DNA from: an uncultured Acetivibrio sp.
GTDB taxonomy: Bacteria; Bacillota; Clostridia; Acetivibrionales; Acetivibrionaceae
Assembly (NCBI GenBank): GCA_964466645.1
Contig: CAYXPB010000001.1
Coordinates: forward strand, 1-59,612
Length of the DNA: 59,612 nucleotides
Reading direction: 5' to 3'
Below are positions 31,215-40,874 of the stretch, in pieces; the stretch's first letter is position 1; each line of letters starts with the position of its first letter. The translations under genes and the position numbers were made by a program. The notes under the pieces were generated by a model. The model searched no databases, was not told the DNA's origin, and saw nothing but the letters and a program-made list of their open reading frames with translations.

Positions 31215-32887
31215 AAAAGCCACCTCTTTAAATTTCTCTTTAGTAAAATTATATTTGCAGGGAAAAACCCATTATCTGACCTAATACTTCTCTTATAGTA
31301 TTGTTCGACAAACACTTTGATTTTCCTGTCGTAGTTAGTGAAAAGTAACAATATTGTAATATGCAATTTTTGTTTATTATATATTAAATAGCATTTTTTT
31401 ATTTCTTTATAGTTGCCTGACCAGTGAAATTCTAGATAAGGTTGATTTGAATCAAAATACCTTACTATGTAAGCAGGGATTTCCTCATATTCAAAATACA
31501 GATTCCAATCAAGCTCTTTAATCTCAGACAAGTTTTTCGAAATATTCAGCCAGTTATAATAATGACTAATAAAAATATGCGCTATAACTTTGTATAAAAC
31601 CCACCTGCATGAAATTACATTATCAAATATTTTTTCACCAAAACGGCTTTTCCAGTCGGAAAGTAAATCCAGCATTAAGCTATTATCTGGAGCTATCGTA
31701 TAGTTTATATCTTCATTTTTGTTTTGAAAAAGGTTTGATAACAGAGAATTTTCAACACTTTTCCTCCACATAATGTATGCATAGGCATAAGGACATATTT
31801 TTGCATCTTTATTATAAATTATCGTGCTATCCTTTAATAATTCATTGACACACTTCTTATGCTTGTAAATAACATTCCTTCTAATATACCTGCATACAGA
31901 TAATAAAATTCTCCTATATGATTTATACATATCGCTGTAAAAGTCTTTATACTTTAAATCCACTGTCTTGTTTGGAGAATGCCGTTTATAATCTCTTAAA
32001 TTTCTAACCTCTTTGTCTGGTATTTTAAGATAGTATGCCTTTTCACCATAGGTATTCTTAATTCTATTAATGTTACGTATGGAAGCAGTTTTATAATGCT
32101 TGACTGTAGGCTTTACACTATAATACTGGTTATTACTTATTGTTGATATAATCAGGTTTATTATATCACTATTTGGATTTTTAACAGATTTGCCATCAAA
32201 ATAAATTAGTTTAAGCTTGTCTAAATGTTTATTACTTAAAGATTCCCATGATAATAATTCCGGGGATATTATTTCTAACGATTTATTCTCTTCCCATATA
32301 TCAGAGAAGATCCGTTGATTGCTATCATTAAAGTATGAATATCCACAAAAGCACTTGAAAGGCTCTCTTGCATTTCTTTTATCTATTTCATAAGGAATAG
32401 TTTTATTGCAAACAGGACATTTTTCTTGTAGAGGTATATTGTGAAAAGGGCATTTCTTCACCATAGTATTTTGAAACCATATACTATGATAACCGCTTTT
32501 AAAGCACTCCTTACAGTAAAAAACTGTGTCTCTCAAATATTTCTTCATATACTTCAGGCTAATATCTATACCAAAATCTTTTTCATAGTAATATCGGTTT
32601 GTATTATGCATATCAAATCCAAGTACAGATTTAACTTGATTTTTACTAAGACCATATAACGTTATCAAATCCCTTTCTTTTTGGCTCCAGCTTTTTATCT
32701 TTTTGTTCTTTGTGTTATCTGCACCTAAGATATCAAATATATTATCGACAGAAAAAGCATTAGCATATCTGAACTTTTCAATTATCCCCCAGGGAGATTC
32801 ATATTCAGATATCCATTCTTCATGCCATGTAAGCATTTTAGAGGTATTTAAACTTAAATCATCAATAATTATTTTTGATCTCAACAA
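31211..32887 (-). CDS. tniQ: TniQ/TnsD-family target-selector protein
   Basis: YESPWGI N-terminus; Zn ligands YCKECF..GYHSIWFQ..KKCPFHNIPLQEKCPVC..CFCG; abuts tnsC. The last ~60 codons probably read through host intergenic DNA. Confidence 0.8.
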   Translation of the reverse strand: MLRSKIIIDDLSLNTSKMLTWHEEWISEYESPWGIIEKFRYANAFSVDNIFDILGADNTKNKKIKSWSQKERDLITLYGLSKNQVKSVLGFDMHNTNRYYYEKDFGIDISLKYMKKYLRDTVFYCKECFKSGYHSIWFQNTMVKKCPFHNIPLQEKCPVCNKTIPYEIDKRNAREPFKCFCGYSYFNDSNQRIFSDIWEENKSLEIISPELLSWESLSNKHLDKLKLIYFDGKSVKNPNSDIINLIISTISNNQYYSVKPTVKHYKTASIRNINRIKNTYGEKAYYLKIPDKEVRNLRDYKRHSPNKTVDLKYKDFYSDMYKSYRRILLSVCRYIRRNVIYKHKKCVNELLKDSTIIYNKDAKICPYAYAYIMWRKSVENSLLSNLFQNKNEDINYTIAPDNSLMLDLLSDWKSRFGEKIFDNVISCRWVLYKVIAHIFISHYYNWLNISKNLSEIKELDWNLYFEYEEIPAYIVRYFDSNQPYLEFHWSGNYKEIKKCYLIYNKQKLHITILLLFTNYDRKIKVFVEQYYKRSIRSDNGFFPANIILLKRNLKRWLL

Positions 32888-33868
32888 TTAAATAACCTCC
32901 TGATATGATTCTGCTTTAATATATCCGGAATTCTCAATTGCTTCTATCCAATTGGCTTGATTCAGCCACTCAACGTTTAATCCGTTAGTGCCGAATTTTC
33001 TAAATGCATATTCAACTGTTAATGTTAAATACTGCATTGGTATTTCCATTGGACTTAACATTTTTACGGCCTGCCTTAATGTTGTAAAAGCTTTGAATAC
33101 CTCATCGGCACTATTTTCTAATCGGTATCCTAAAATATATGCATCTGGGAAAAAATATCTTGTAAAAGACCATCCGCTGCCGACAGGATATTCACAATTG
33201 CAGTCATACCCTGCAAGGCATGATTTAATATCTTCTAAAGTCTTTATGCCCATAAATTGATATTCATGAATCATAAATCTTCCTATAATTTGAGTTTTTT
33301 TGGATTGTTTAAAGGCAGTTCTCTGATGTATAAGCTCTTCCTGTCCAACAAGTATTACTGTAAGGCATATTCCGAATTGGTCTAGCTCATTGTAAATATC
33401 CATAAGCCATCCATATTGAAGCTCGTGTAACCGCTGTGAATCGTCTAAGAAAAGTATAATACGGTGTTGCCCTGATACTCTGCCTCTTTCAAGTAAAAAC
33501 TTTATAAGCCTATCCCGTTTTACTTCTGGTTTTCCACTAAGATATTCCATGTGCCCGACATCTTTTAATAAATCTCCAAAAAATACTCCCTCATTTAGAT
33601 TTTTATATTACAGGCAGCGAACTTGAAATATAGGCAACTTACCGCCGAATACTTCTGGCAAATCATATTGCAGGTACTTAATTGCACGAGATTTACCGAG
33701 CCTGGGTCTGCCATAAACAATGGCACCGGGAGTTCTATTATCAATCCATTTAATAACTTCTTCTCTCAAACGGTTAATTTCATTGGTTGCCAGTAAATAT
33801 CTACCTGCTTCTAAAGGATGGCAGCCTATAGATATTTCCGGTCTTTTATCAATTGTCATTATACTCAA
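32888..33868 (-). pseudogene. tnsC: TnsC/TniB AAA+ ATPase interrupted by one in-frame TAA (33608-33610)
   Basis: The 86-aa ORF (Walker A GRPRLGKS) and the 220-aa ORF (Walker B ILFLDDSQ, VILVGQ) share a frame and are joined by 19 open codons: VRCL*YKNLNEGVFFGDLLKDVGHMEYL. Confidence 0.88.
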
Positions 33869-33874
33869 CTCCTT

Positions 33875-35833
33875 TTAAAAGATAATTGTCTTAAAAACTT
33901 TACGCTGGATAGTTGTTGAGTTTTCACTTGCAGCATCCTTATTCTTTTCAGCTAAAGTTCTTTCTGCAGCAGGTATTTCTCTCACATTATTATCTGCACT
34001 GCTTTCATCACTTTTTAACTTTTTTTGAAGCTCAGCAAGCTTGTTTCGTTCCGATTTATAGGTTACTGATTTTTCTAAAAGATATTTATGGTATGCTTCA
34101 ATAGGGTCATCCATATAAGTAAAATTTAAAAGCTTTTTATTTCGTAACCTATTAATTTGTTTTCTCACTTGTAAAGTATGAGGTATGAGTCCCCACTTAC
34201 CGACTGCTGTCAGAGTACCAAATTCACTCCCATTGGGAAGAAAGGCACTTATAGACCTAATGTCATCTACATTAATGAGCAGATCAAGTTTTGTACCAAT
34301 TAATTCTGCACTCCTGGCCAAGATATCATTCCTGTATTCTACTCCCTCATAATTTATATAAGGTCTTTTCCCTTTTTTTACATTACCCACGATTACACGT
34401 TGGTCTTGCAGAGTTAAAAATGCTACTTCACTTCTTTTTTCCTCATGCATCAATCTAGGTACCATTCCCTTTGAAACTCTTTTTTTCATGCATTCAATAG
34501 GAGTCAAGTAATTAATGCCAGCATTTTCGGTGTAATTATAGTTTGCGATAAAAACATCAGTTAGTTCTTCAAGCTCTTCAGCAGTAATTTTATATTTAAC
34601 AGCCTTTTTTTCAGGGTTCTTTCTTCTTGGATCGTCTGGGTTACTGCCTGTTGTACTTACTATCCTGTGATATCCGTTTTCTTCAAGTATTCCAAAGAAG
34701 CGTTCAATAATTCCCCTGCGTTCAGGCATATTTACAGGTCCAGGATTTACTGCACACTCAACTATCCTTGTTAACCTGTTCCTTACAAGGCTAGAGAGGT
34801 TAGCTTTTCCATTATCATAGCAGAGCTCTTCCCATAGCCCCCAAGCTGATTCGGGAATTTCTAATGAATGATATCCTCCATTTTCAGGGTACTTTATTCC
34901 AGGTATAGTAAGTGTTTTCAATTTCTTAGGTAAAACAGCATTCCGTATACAATGGAGGACATCACTTGTGGTATATTCTCTGTTCAAGCTTATATAGTGA
35001 CCAAGGATAACTCTTGTTGCAACATCAATAATGACAAGTAGCCATATTCGCTCTATTACTGCAGTTATTTCATCACCTTCCGGTGTTTTAAAAGATATAG
35101 ATATCATAACGTCTATTCTATGACCATCAAATTGAACACGCTCAAAAGGTCTAATAATAACTGATGAATTTCGGGTTCCAATTCCAGTTGTTCGTGCATG
35201 CCGTGCGGCTGCATCTCCATGCCTTTTTGAAGACTGATAAAAATACTCATTTTCAAGCTTTTTTATGAAGCGATAAAGTGAAATGCGTCCCAGAGATTGA
35301 GTATTAAACGGGTAATCACTTTGTTTTATCCCAGAAATGCGGCACTCATCCAAAAACTTTTTATGAAGGTTCTTAAGTTTTATTATGGGTTCTTTTATAG
35401 TATCGTTGTTAAGGTCAAAATAAAGGGATATAATCTTTTCTTTTATCGACGGATGTTTTTCAAGAAGATTTTCAAATAAACCTGCGGTTGATATACATCT
35501 ATCACTTTTATCTTTTGTTATGTTTATTCTTACATATTTATTGATTCTACTCCTGGGAATTAAAGCTCTATACCCCCAAATAGATCCACTTCCATCAAGT
35601 TGAAAACATCGTTTAATAAGACGGCGAAGTTCAGAATTTTCTATCTTTGATGTATTACATATCTCCTTAACAGTCATTTCATTTTTTAAGTATGATTCAA
35701 CTGCTGCCTTTCTTCTTGAAAATAAATCTTGATCTTTTTGCGATAGGTTATCTATAAGAACAGGAGGCCAGTTGGAACAATTTACATCCTGTTCATCAAT
35801 ACCCATGTTATGTATTAATCTATTGTTCGGCAT
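33875..35833 (-). CDS. tnsB: TnsB-like DDE transposase
   Basis: QFDGHRID, IIDVATRVILG, CYDNG, GIIERFFG; start ATG 35833 after GGAGG. Confidence 0.9.
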   Translation of the reverse strand: MPNNRLIHNMGIDEQDVNCSNWPPVLIDNLSQKDQDLFSRRKAAVESYLKNEMTVKEICNTSKIENSELRRLIKRCFQLDGSGSIWGYRALIPRSRINKYVRINITKDKSDRCISTAGLFENLLEKHPSIKEKIISLYFDLNNDTIKEPIIKLKNLHKKFLDECRISGIKQSDYPFNTQSLGRISLYRFIKKLENEYFYQSSKRHGDAAARHARTTGIGTRNSSVIIRPFERVQFDGHRIDVMISISFKTPEGDEITAVIERIWLLVIIDVATRVILGHYISLNREYTTSDVLHCIRNAVLPKKLKTLTIPGIKYPENGGYHSLEIPESAWGLWEELCYDNGKANLSSLVRNRLTRIVECAVNPGPVNMPERRGIIERFFGILEENGYHRIVSTTGSNPDDPRRKNPEKKAVKYKITAEELEELTDVFIANYNYTENAGINYLTPIECMKKRVSKGMVPRLMHEEKRSEVAFLTLQDQRVIVGNVKKGKRPYINYEGVEYRNDILARSAELIGTKLDLLINVDDIRSISAFLPNGSEFGTLTAVGKWGLIPHTLQVRKQINRLRNKKLLNFTYMDDPIEAYHKYLLEKSVTYKSERNKLAELQKKLKSDESSADNNVREIPAAERTLAEKNKDAASENSTTIQRKVFKTIIF

Positions 35834-36484
35834 TAAGCCACACCTCCGTTTGTGTACCAAATTCAATTGTATTTACATTAGCTACTGCTATCCCCATATA
35901 AATCATTAAAGCAATAGATTTCTTTATTCTTTCTACAGGTATTTCAGGTAATAAAGTGCTTATTTTATTTATAGTGAGTTTTTTTCGTAGATAGCTTTTT
36001 CAATATAAAGAATATCTGTTTCAATGGGATGCAAATTTCTTTTTAAATATGAGAGAATTGTTTTCATATTAGCTATATAGAGAGGATTATCCCGTATATG
36101 AATTTCAGTTTTAATTTCATAATTGAAGCCGTTTTCATTACACCATAGCTGCTGCGATTTTGTTTGTCTAATTGACCTTTCAAACTTTGGGTTACTGGGA
36201 TCTAATTCTGATGAATACTTCGTATTAATAAAATATTCTGTTCCGTCCTTATATTTAACCCACATATCAATCATCGATTCAATATTTATTCCGTCAAGAT
36301 TATATGATATCTTAAGAGGTTTTTCACAAAAAGCAATTATATTTGGATTAGTTTCAATAAGTATGTAATACTCATACTCAAGGTCACTATAGCAACGAAC
36401 AATTCTATTAACCTTGGGACTGAATACTTCCCAATAATTACTTCCATACTTTTTTGCCCTTTCTATATTAATTGGATAATACAT
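35820..36484 (-). pseudogene. tnsA: TnsA-like endonuclease, frameshifted (-1) at an A7 run (35979-35985)
   Basis: FSPKVNR..SDLEY..ETNPNIIAFCEKP N-terminal domain. The -1 frame continues KLTINKIS...EFGTQTEVWLNAEQ*, overlapping the tnsB start by 14 nt; the joined product is 221 aa. Confidence 0.8.
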
Positions 36485-36597
36485 ACTCAGTTCTCCCTAC
36501 AGTATTAATGCGTTAATTTTATTTGTTAATATTATACTTTTATATTATATCAATACTTTTAGAGTTGTTCAATTTAAGTTTGACTAGAAATGTTAAA

Positions 36598-36647
36598 GTA
36601 ATTATTAGCCTTTCAAAAAGTATACTTTTTAAAAGGCTAATAATTAC
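36598..36647. promoter_or_regulatory. 50-bp near-perfect palindrome, putative res crossover site/operator
   Basis: GTAATTATTAGCCTTTCAAAAAGTA|TACTTTTTAAAAGGCTAATAATTAC, one mismatch, between divergent tnsA and resolvase. Confidence 0.6.
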
Positions 36648-36761
36648 AATTTTTGTGTGTCATAATTATAACATAATTTTATTTGAAATATGGCAATCAA
36701 CTTGTATACTTTAAGAAATAGATTTATAATTCTTATATAGAATTTTAAAAGGGAGACCAAA

Positions 36762-37376
36762 ATGAGAAATTTTTTCTATGCAAGAGTTAGTAGCAAAGAC
36801 CAGTCTTTAGAAAGGCAAATTGCATCCGCTAAAGAAGTAGGGATTGAAGATAATTATATTTTTATTGAAAAAGCTAGTGGTAAAGATTTCAAAAGGCCTG
36901 AATATCAATTAATGAAACGTATTCTTAGAGAGGGAGATGTTTTATATATTAAGTCACTTGATAGACTGGGTCGAAATAAGCAGATGATATTAAATGAATG
37001 GCAGGAATTAATAAAAGTTAAAAAAATTGATATCGTTGTTTTGGATATGCCTCTTTTAAACACAACAAAATATAAGGACTTAAATTGTATTGAATCGTTG
37101 ATCTCAGATTTAATCCTGCAGCTGCTAAGTTATATGGCTGAAGATGAACGAAAAAGAATAAAGGAAAGGCAAGAAGATGGCATTAAGATTGCTCTTAATA
37201 AGGGTATCAAATTCGGCAGAAAAAAAATAGCAATCAATGAAAGCTTTAAAGCTGCATATGCTGATTGGAAGCAAAATAATATAACTGCTGTAGAGGCCAT
37301 GAAAAGGTTAGGCATGAAAAGCAATACTTTTTATAGGCGGGTTAAGGAATACGAACTGAGGGATAACAATTTGTAA
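36762..37376 (+). CDS. Small serine recombinase (resolvase/invertase family)
   Basis: YARVSSKDQSLERQ, EKASG, RPEYQ, SLDRLGR, GIKFGR, C-terminal HTH (SNTFYRRV). Confidence 0.95.
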   Translation: MRNFFYARVSSKDQSLERQIASAKEVGIEDNYIFIEKASGKDFKRPEYQLMKRILREGDVLYIKSLDRLGRNKQMILNEWQELIKVKKIDIVVLDMPLLNTTKYKDLNCIESLISDLILQLLSYMAEDERKRIKERQEDGIKIALNKGIKFGRKKIAINESFKAAYADWKQNNITAVEAMKRLGMKSNTFYRRVKEYELRDNNL

Positions 37377-37616
37377 CGCTGTTCCAGAGCTCTGCCAAAA
37401 ACATAAAGAAGGATTATTGATGATAAAGATTGTAAAAACTGAAGATACCCAACTACTTGAAGGTTGACGATTAGGGTAGTAATACGCAATATACTATTGG
37501 CTGATCCCTTCTATAAATTATACAAAAATTTTTTTTAGAAAAGTTTTATTTTTTGTTACCATTATATTAAATCAATCGTATAAAGATTGAAAACAAACGT
37601 TAATCTTGGAGGAACT

Positions 37617-38168
37617 ATGGAAAATGATAAAATTATTATTTCCAAAGTATTGAATGGAGATGGAAATGCCTTTGGGGAAATAATAGAACGTTATAACAAT
37701 CGTATTCTTTCATTTATATGTAAAATGGGAATAAATAGCGAGGACTCCCAAGACATAGCGCAAGAAGTATTTATAAAGGCGTATAACAATTTGTATCGTT
37801 ATAATAAAAATTGGGAATTTTCAACATGGTTGTTTACTATTGCTGTAAATACTGCAAAGGATTTATTTAAATCTAGAAAGTCTACACCTCATTATACATA
37901 TAACATTCCTAGTGTAACAAATGATTACAATTGTGAAGAACACTTGAGTAACATAGAGCTAAGGGAATTTATTCGAGAAATGTTCGAAATTTTGGAAGAT
38001 GATGCAAAAACAATGCTTATTCTATTTTACTTTGAGGATTTACCAATTAAAGAGATCGCTGGTATATGTAATACTAAGTATGATGTAGTAAAAATGAAAA
38101 TTCATAGAGCTCGTAAAAAACTTTGTGACCAGTTTAGTAAAAGATGGGATGGTGAGTGTCATGTGTAA
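37617..38168 (+). CDS. ECF RNA polymerase sigma factor
   Basis: DIAQEVFIKAY, FSTWLFTIAVN, EIAG..VVKMKIHRARKKL; start after GGAGG. Confidence 0.92.
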   Translation: MENDKIIISKVLNGDGNAFGEIIERYNNRILSFICKMGINSEDSQDIAQEVFIKAYNNLYRYNKNWEFSTWLFTIAVNTAKDLFKSRKSTPHYTYNIPSVTNDYNCEEHLSNIELREFIREMFEILEDDAKTMLILFYFEDLPIKEIAGICNTKYDVVKMKIHRARKKLCDQFSKRWDGECHV

Positions 38169-39000
38169 ATATAATTCTGATTTTATTATCAAATACAGAG
38201 ACTCGAATATTAGTCAAGATGAAAAGGATAAGTTTGAACTTCATATTTTGAATTGTGAAGTTTGCATGAATCTACTTGCTTTAGATAATGAATTTATTGA
38301 TTTTTTAAAAGATGATAATTGTTCTGCTTCTGCAAAGTTTAGTAAAATTCAAGTAATGTCTAATATCGATTTAAACAAATATTCCGGGAGGGGAAAAGTT
38401 ATGGTTAAATTATCAAAATGGAAATCAACCAGTATTAAAATTGCAGCAATTTTGTTTATTGTTAGTGCAGTAGGCTTATCTTTTAAACTAATTAGTCCTA
38501 TAAGAGAAAGTTTTAAAGCTGTAGCCTTAAGCATTTTAGACAAGCAAAATAGGTTAAATGATAACCTTCCTACCACTATTCCTTTGCCAACTATTAACGT
38601 AATAAGTGAAGTAATTAAAACTAACGATCCAGATATTAAAAGTGCTGAGGCAAAAGAAGTGGTCAAAAATTATTTTACTGCTTACGCAAAGATGGATGTT
38701 GAAGCAGCAAATGAATTTTGCACAGATCATTGGAAGGATAAACTTCCATTTAGTTTAAAAAGCTTTAAACTGATTAGTATTGATGAAGATATAGATGGAA
38801 GAGGCAGACAAGGTTACCTTCTAGGTGGAAGAGGAAAGATTACATTTCCAAATGATGTTATATGTTTTGAAGTTACTTATAATATTCAATTTGAAAAAGA
38901 AAATCTTGAAACGGAGCCAAGTGGAGAAAAGAAAAAATGGGTTAATTTAATTAAGGAAACGGAAACTTCACCTTGGAAGATAGATGAAATTGGATACTAA
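38161..39000 (+). CDS. Zinc-binding anti-sigma factor (HxxxCxxC, one TM helix, extracytoplasmic DUF4829-like domain)
   Basis: FELHILNCEVC; TM IAAILFIVSAVGLSF; C-terminal SPWKIDEIGY; overlaps the sigma stop codon. Confidence 0.85.
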   Translation: MCKYNSDFIIKYRDSNISQDEKDKFELHILNCEVCMNLLALDNEFIDFLKDDNCSASAKFSKIQVMSNIDLNKYSGRGKVMVKLSKWKSTSIKIAAILFIVSAVGLSFKLISPIRESFKAVALSILDKQNRLNDNLPTTIPLPTINVISEVIKTNDPDIKSAEAKEVVKNYFTAYAKMDVEAANEFCTDHWKDKLPFSLKSFKLISIDEDIDGRGRQGYLLGGRGKITFPNDVICFEVTYNIQFEKENLETEPSGEKKKWVNLIKETETSPWKIDEIGY

Positions 39001-39036
39001 TAATAAGCTTAAAAGTCTTTTGTGCAAAAAATGAGT

Positions 39037-39083
39037 AACCGAAATCCTCACTTATTTTCTGAAAACAAGTGAGGATTTCGGTT
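39037..39083. terminator. Bidirectional terminator
   Basis: AACCGAAATCCTCACTT...AAGTGAGGATTTCGGTT between convergent genes. Confidence 0.8.
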
Positions 39084-39097
39084 GTTATTTTAATAAA

Positions 39098-40276
39098 TTA
39101 TTTACCTCCGATAATATGGATGTATTCTTTTGTCGCAGATGAGAAATAATTAAATAAAGAATAATTTTGCTTATCACTTGAATGGCAACAGATTAATAAG
39201 TCACTACGACCATATTGGTTATATACTATACCAGTTATTATCAATGAATGATATGGTGAGCCGACAGTCCCTAATTGTATCATATCACCATAATCTGCAC
39301 CATTAAAATTTGTTATACTATAGGCTATTTTTGAAACCGATGATTTTATGTACTTATTAAATTCCGTTGCACCTGTCCAAGATGAAGATCTATTTGTGCT
39401 TGTTGTATAATACCAACATGTCTGAGTATAAGGAGAACCAAAGTGTTCAGGGATGCCGCCTCCATCATATAAACACTGAGAGGTAAAATTCGTACAATCT
39501 GAAGAAAAAGGATAGTACGAAGAGTTATAGTTATAAGCATGGTCTACTGCATAATTACAAGCAAGTGTACGATTATATGTAGTTTGTGCAGTTATTAATG
39601 TTCTTGTAGCAGATACGGAAGGAGTTTTTCCTGTGGTGTATACGGAAGGAGTTCTTCTCTCTTGTTCAAAAGATTTACTAAATTTCTTGATATCACTCCT
39701 AAGATTTTCTTGATATCTATTCAAATCGTCAATATTCTTTGGATCTATATTTTTACTTTTAAAATCCTTATCAATAATTTGATCAATAAGCCCATCTAGT
39801 GAGACTATACTCCATGAAGTATCATTTTTAAGCATCACAGTGTAGTTGTTTCTTTCTCCCGACTCTATATCTGGTGATATATTATAATTAAAGGTTTTAG
39901 TAACTTGAACTTGAACATTAGCTGTATTATTTTTGATATCAATAGAATCATATTTAAATTTAATCTGTTTATTTAATTCTTTAAGTTTTTGTCCTGGATA
40001 TTCTTGTGATAATACTATTCTTCTGTTCAATATTGTTTTTACAAGTGTCTTTTCTTTTATATTTTCTGAATTATTGCCAAAATAAGAATCGATACTATAA
40101 AAGTCCATAATCTCGTTATCAAATGCATTTTCGTAACTTTTAAAAAAAGTTTCAATAGTATTTTTTACATTATCCTGATCAATTGAAGAATTCACCTCAC
40201 CAAATACATGAGTATTAGTAACTGTGCATAATACTGATAGTATACATATTACTGCCAATAAAATTCTTTTTTTCAT
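39098..40276 (-). CDS. Secreted Amidase_6 (putative amidase domain) protein
   Basis: Signal peptide; YNRTLACNYA, DCTNFTSQCL, GDMIQ, HSLIIT, ICCHS. Confidence 0.85.
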   Translation of the reverse strand: MKKRILLAVICILSVLCTVTNTHVFGEVNSSIDQDNVKNTIETFFKSYENAFDNEIMDFYSIDSYFGNNSENIKEKTLVKTILNRRIVLSQEYPGQKLKELNKQIKFKYDSIDIKNNTANVQVQVTKTFNYNISPDIESGERNNYTVMLKNDTSWSIVSLDGLIDQIIDKDFKSKNIDPKNIDDLNRYQENLRSDIKKFSKSFEQERRTPSVYTTGKTPSVSATRTLITAQTTYNRTLACNYAVDHAYNYNSSYYPFSSDCTNFTSQCLYDGGGIPEHFGSPYTQTCWYYTTSTNRSSSWTGATEFNKYIKSSVSKIAYSITNFNGADYGDMIQLGTVGSPYHSLIITGIVYNQYGRSDLLICCHSSDKQNYSLFNYFSSATKEYIHIIGGK

Positions 40277-40670
40277 ATAAATTCTCCATTCTGTCGCTGT
40301 GCGACTTCATTTTGTAATTGAAAAAAGATACAAAGCACGAGAAAGTTACCATTCAATGTTTTATGCTTGCTTTAAGCATGAATGAATTTGATTACCTATT
40401 TGTTCATAAGACTTTTTCTCGCTGACAACAAAATCATATTAGTAAGACGTTTATCTCCTTTCACAATGCAGTAAGTAGATATTCTCCAAATTTCCTATGT
40501 ATTACTAATCTGCGCAGATATTGTAAACATAAAAAGTGTAGCATAATCAAATTTATAAGTCAAACACAAACAATCGACAAAATTTTACATAATACAACAA
40601 AAACCAAAACCACTAGTACTCCAGGTGTGAGTAGCAACAGAATAATAAAAAAGTAACTTATTTCTAATAA

Positions 40671-40802
40671 CATGATGATAATCACCATTTTCATAAACAT
40701 GGAGAAAACGAAAAGGTTGAACATTCTCATTGGCATGTGCATGAGGAATTAGAACATGAACATTCACATACACCGGATATTCATCATAGAAATTCACACT
40801 AG
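40671..40802 (+). pseudogene. His-rich C-terminal gene fragment, resembling the tail of His-rich EamA/DMT transporters
   Basis: HDDNHHFHKHGENEKVEHSHWHVHEELEHEHSHTPDIHHRNSH*; preceded by in-frame stops, no start codon. Confidence 0.6.
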
Positions 40803-40874
40803 AAACCATAATTTTACATCCGTTTTTCAGTACATGAGCACGGATGCTCCCATCACCCCAATATACCGTTTTTG

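Noticed and set aside
31371-31392. TGTTTATTATATATTAAATAGC as the missing transposon end
   Set aside because: Only AT-rich resemblance, no ACCTTCTTT core, no second site and no CTTAA duplication.
37405-37422. AAAGAAGGATTATTGATG as an internal TnsB site
   Set aside because: Needs gaps to align and lacks the TGTAAT half; could be chance.
40560-40809. Minus-strand ORFs of 60 and 74 aa
   Set aside because: Largely antisense to the His-rich fragment; no RBS or recognisable family.
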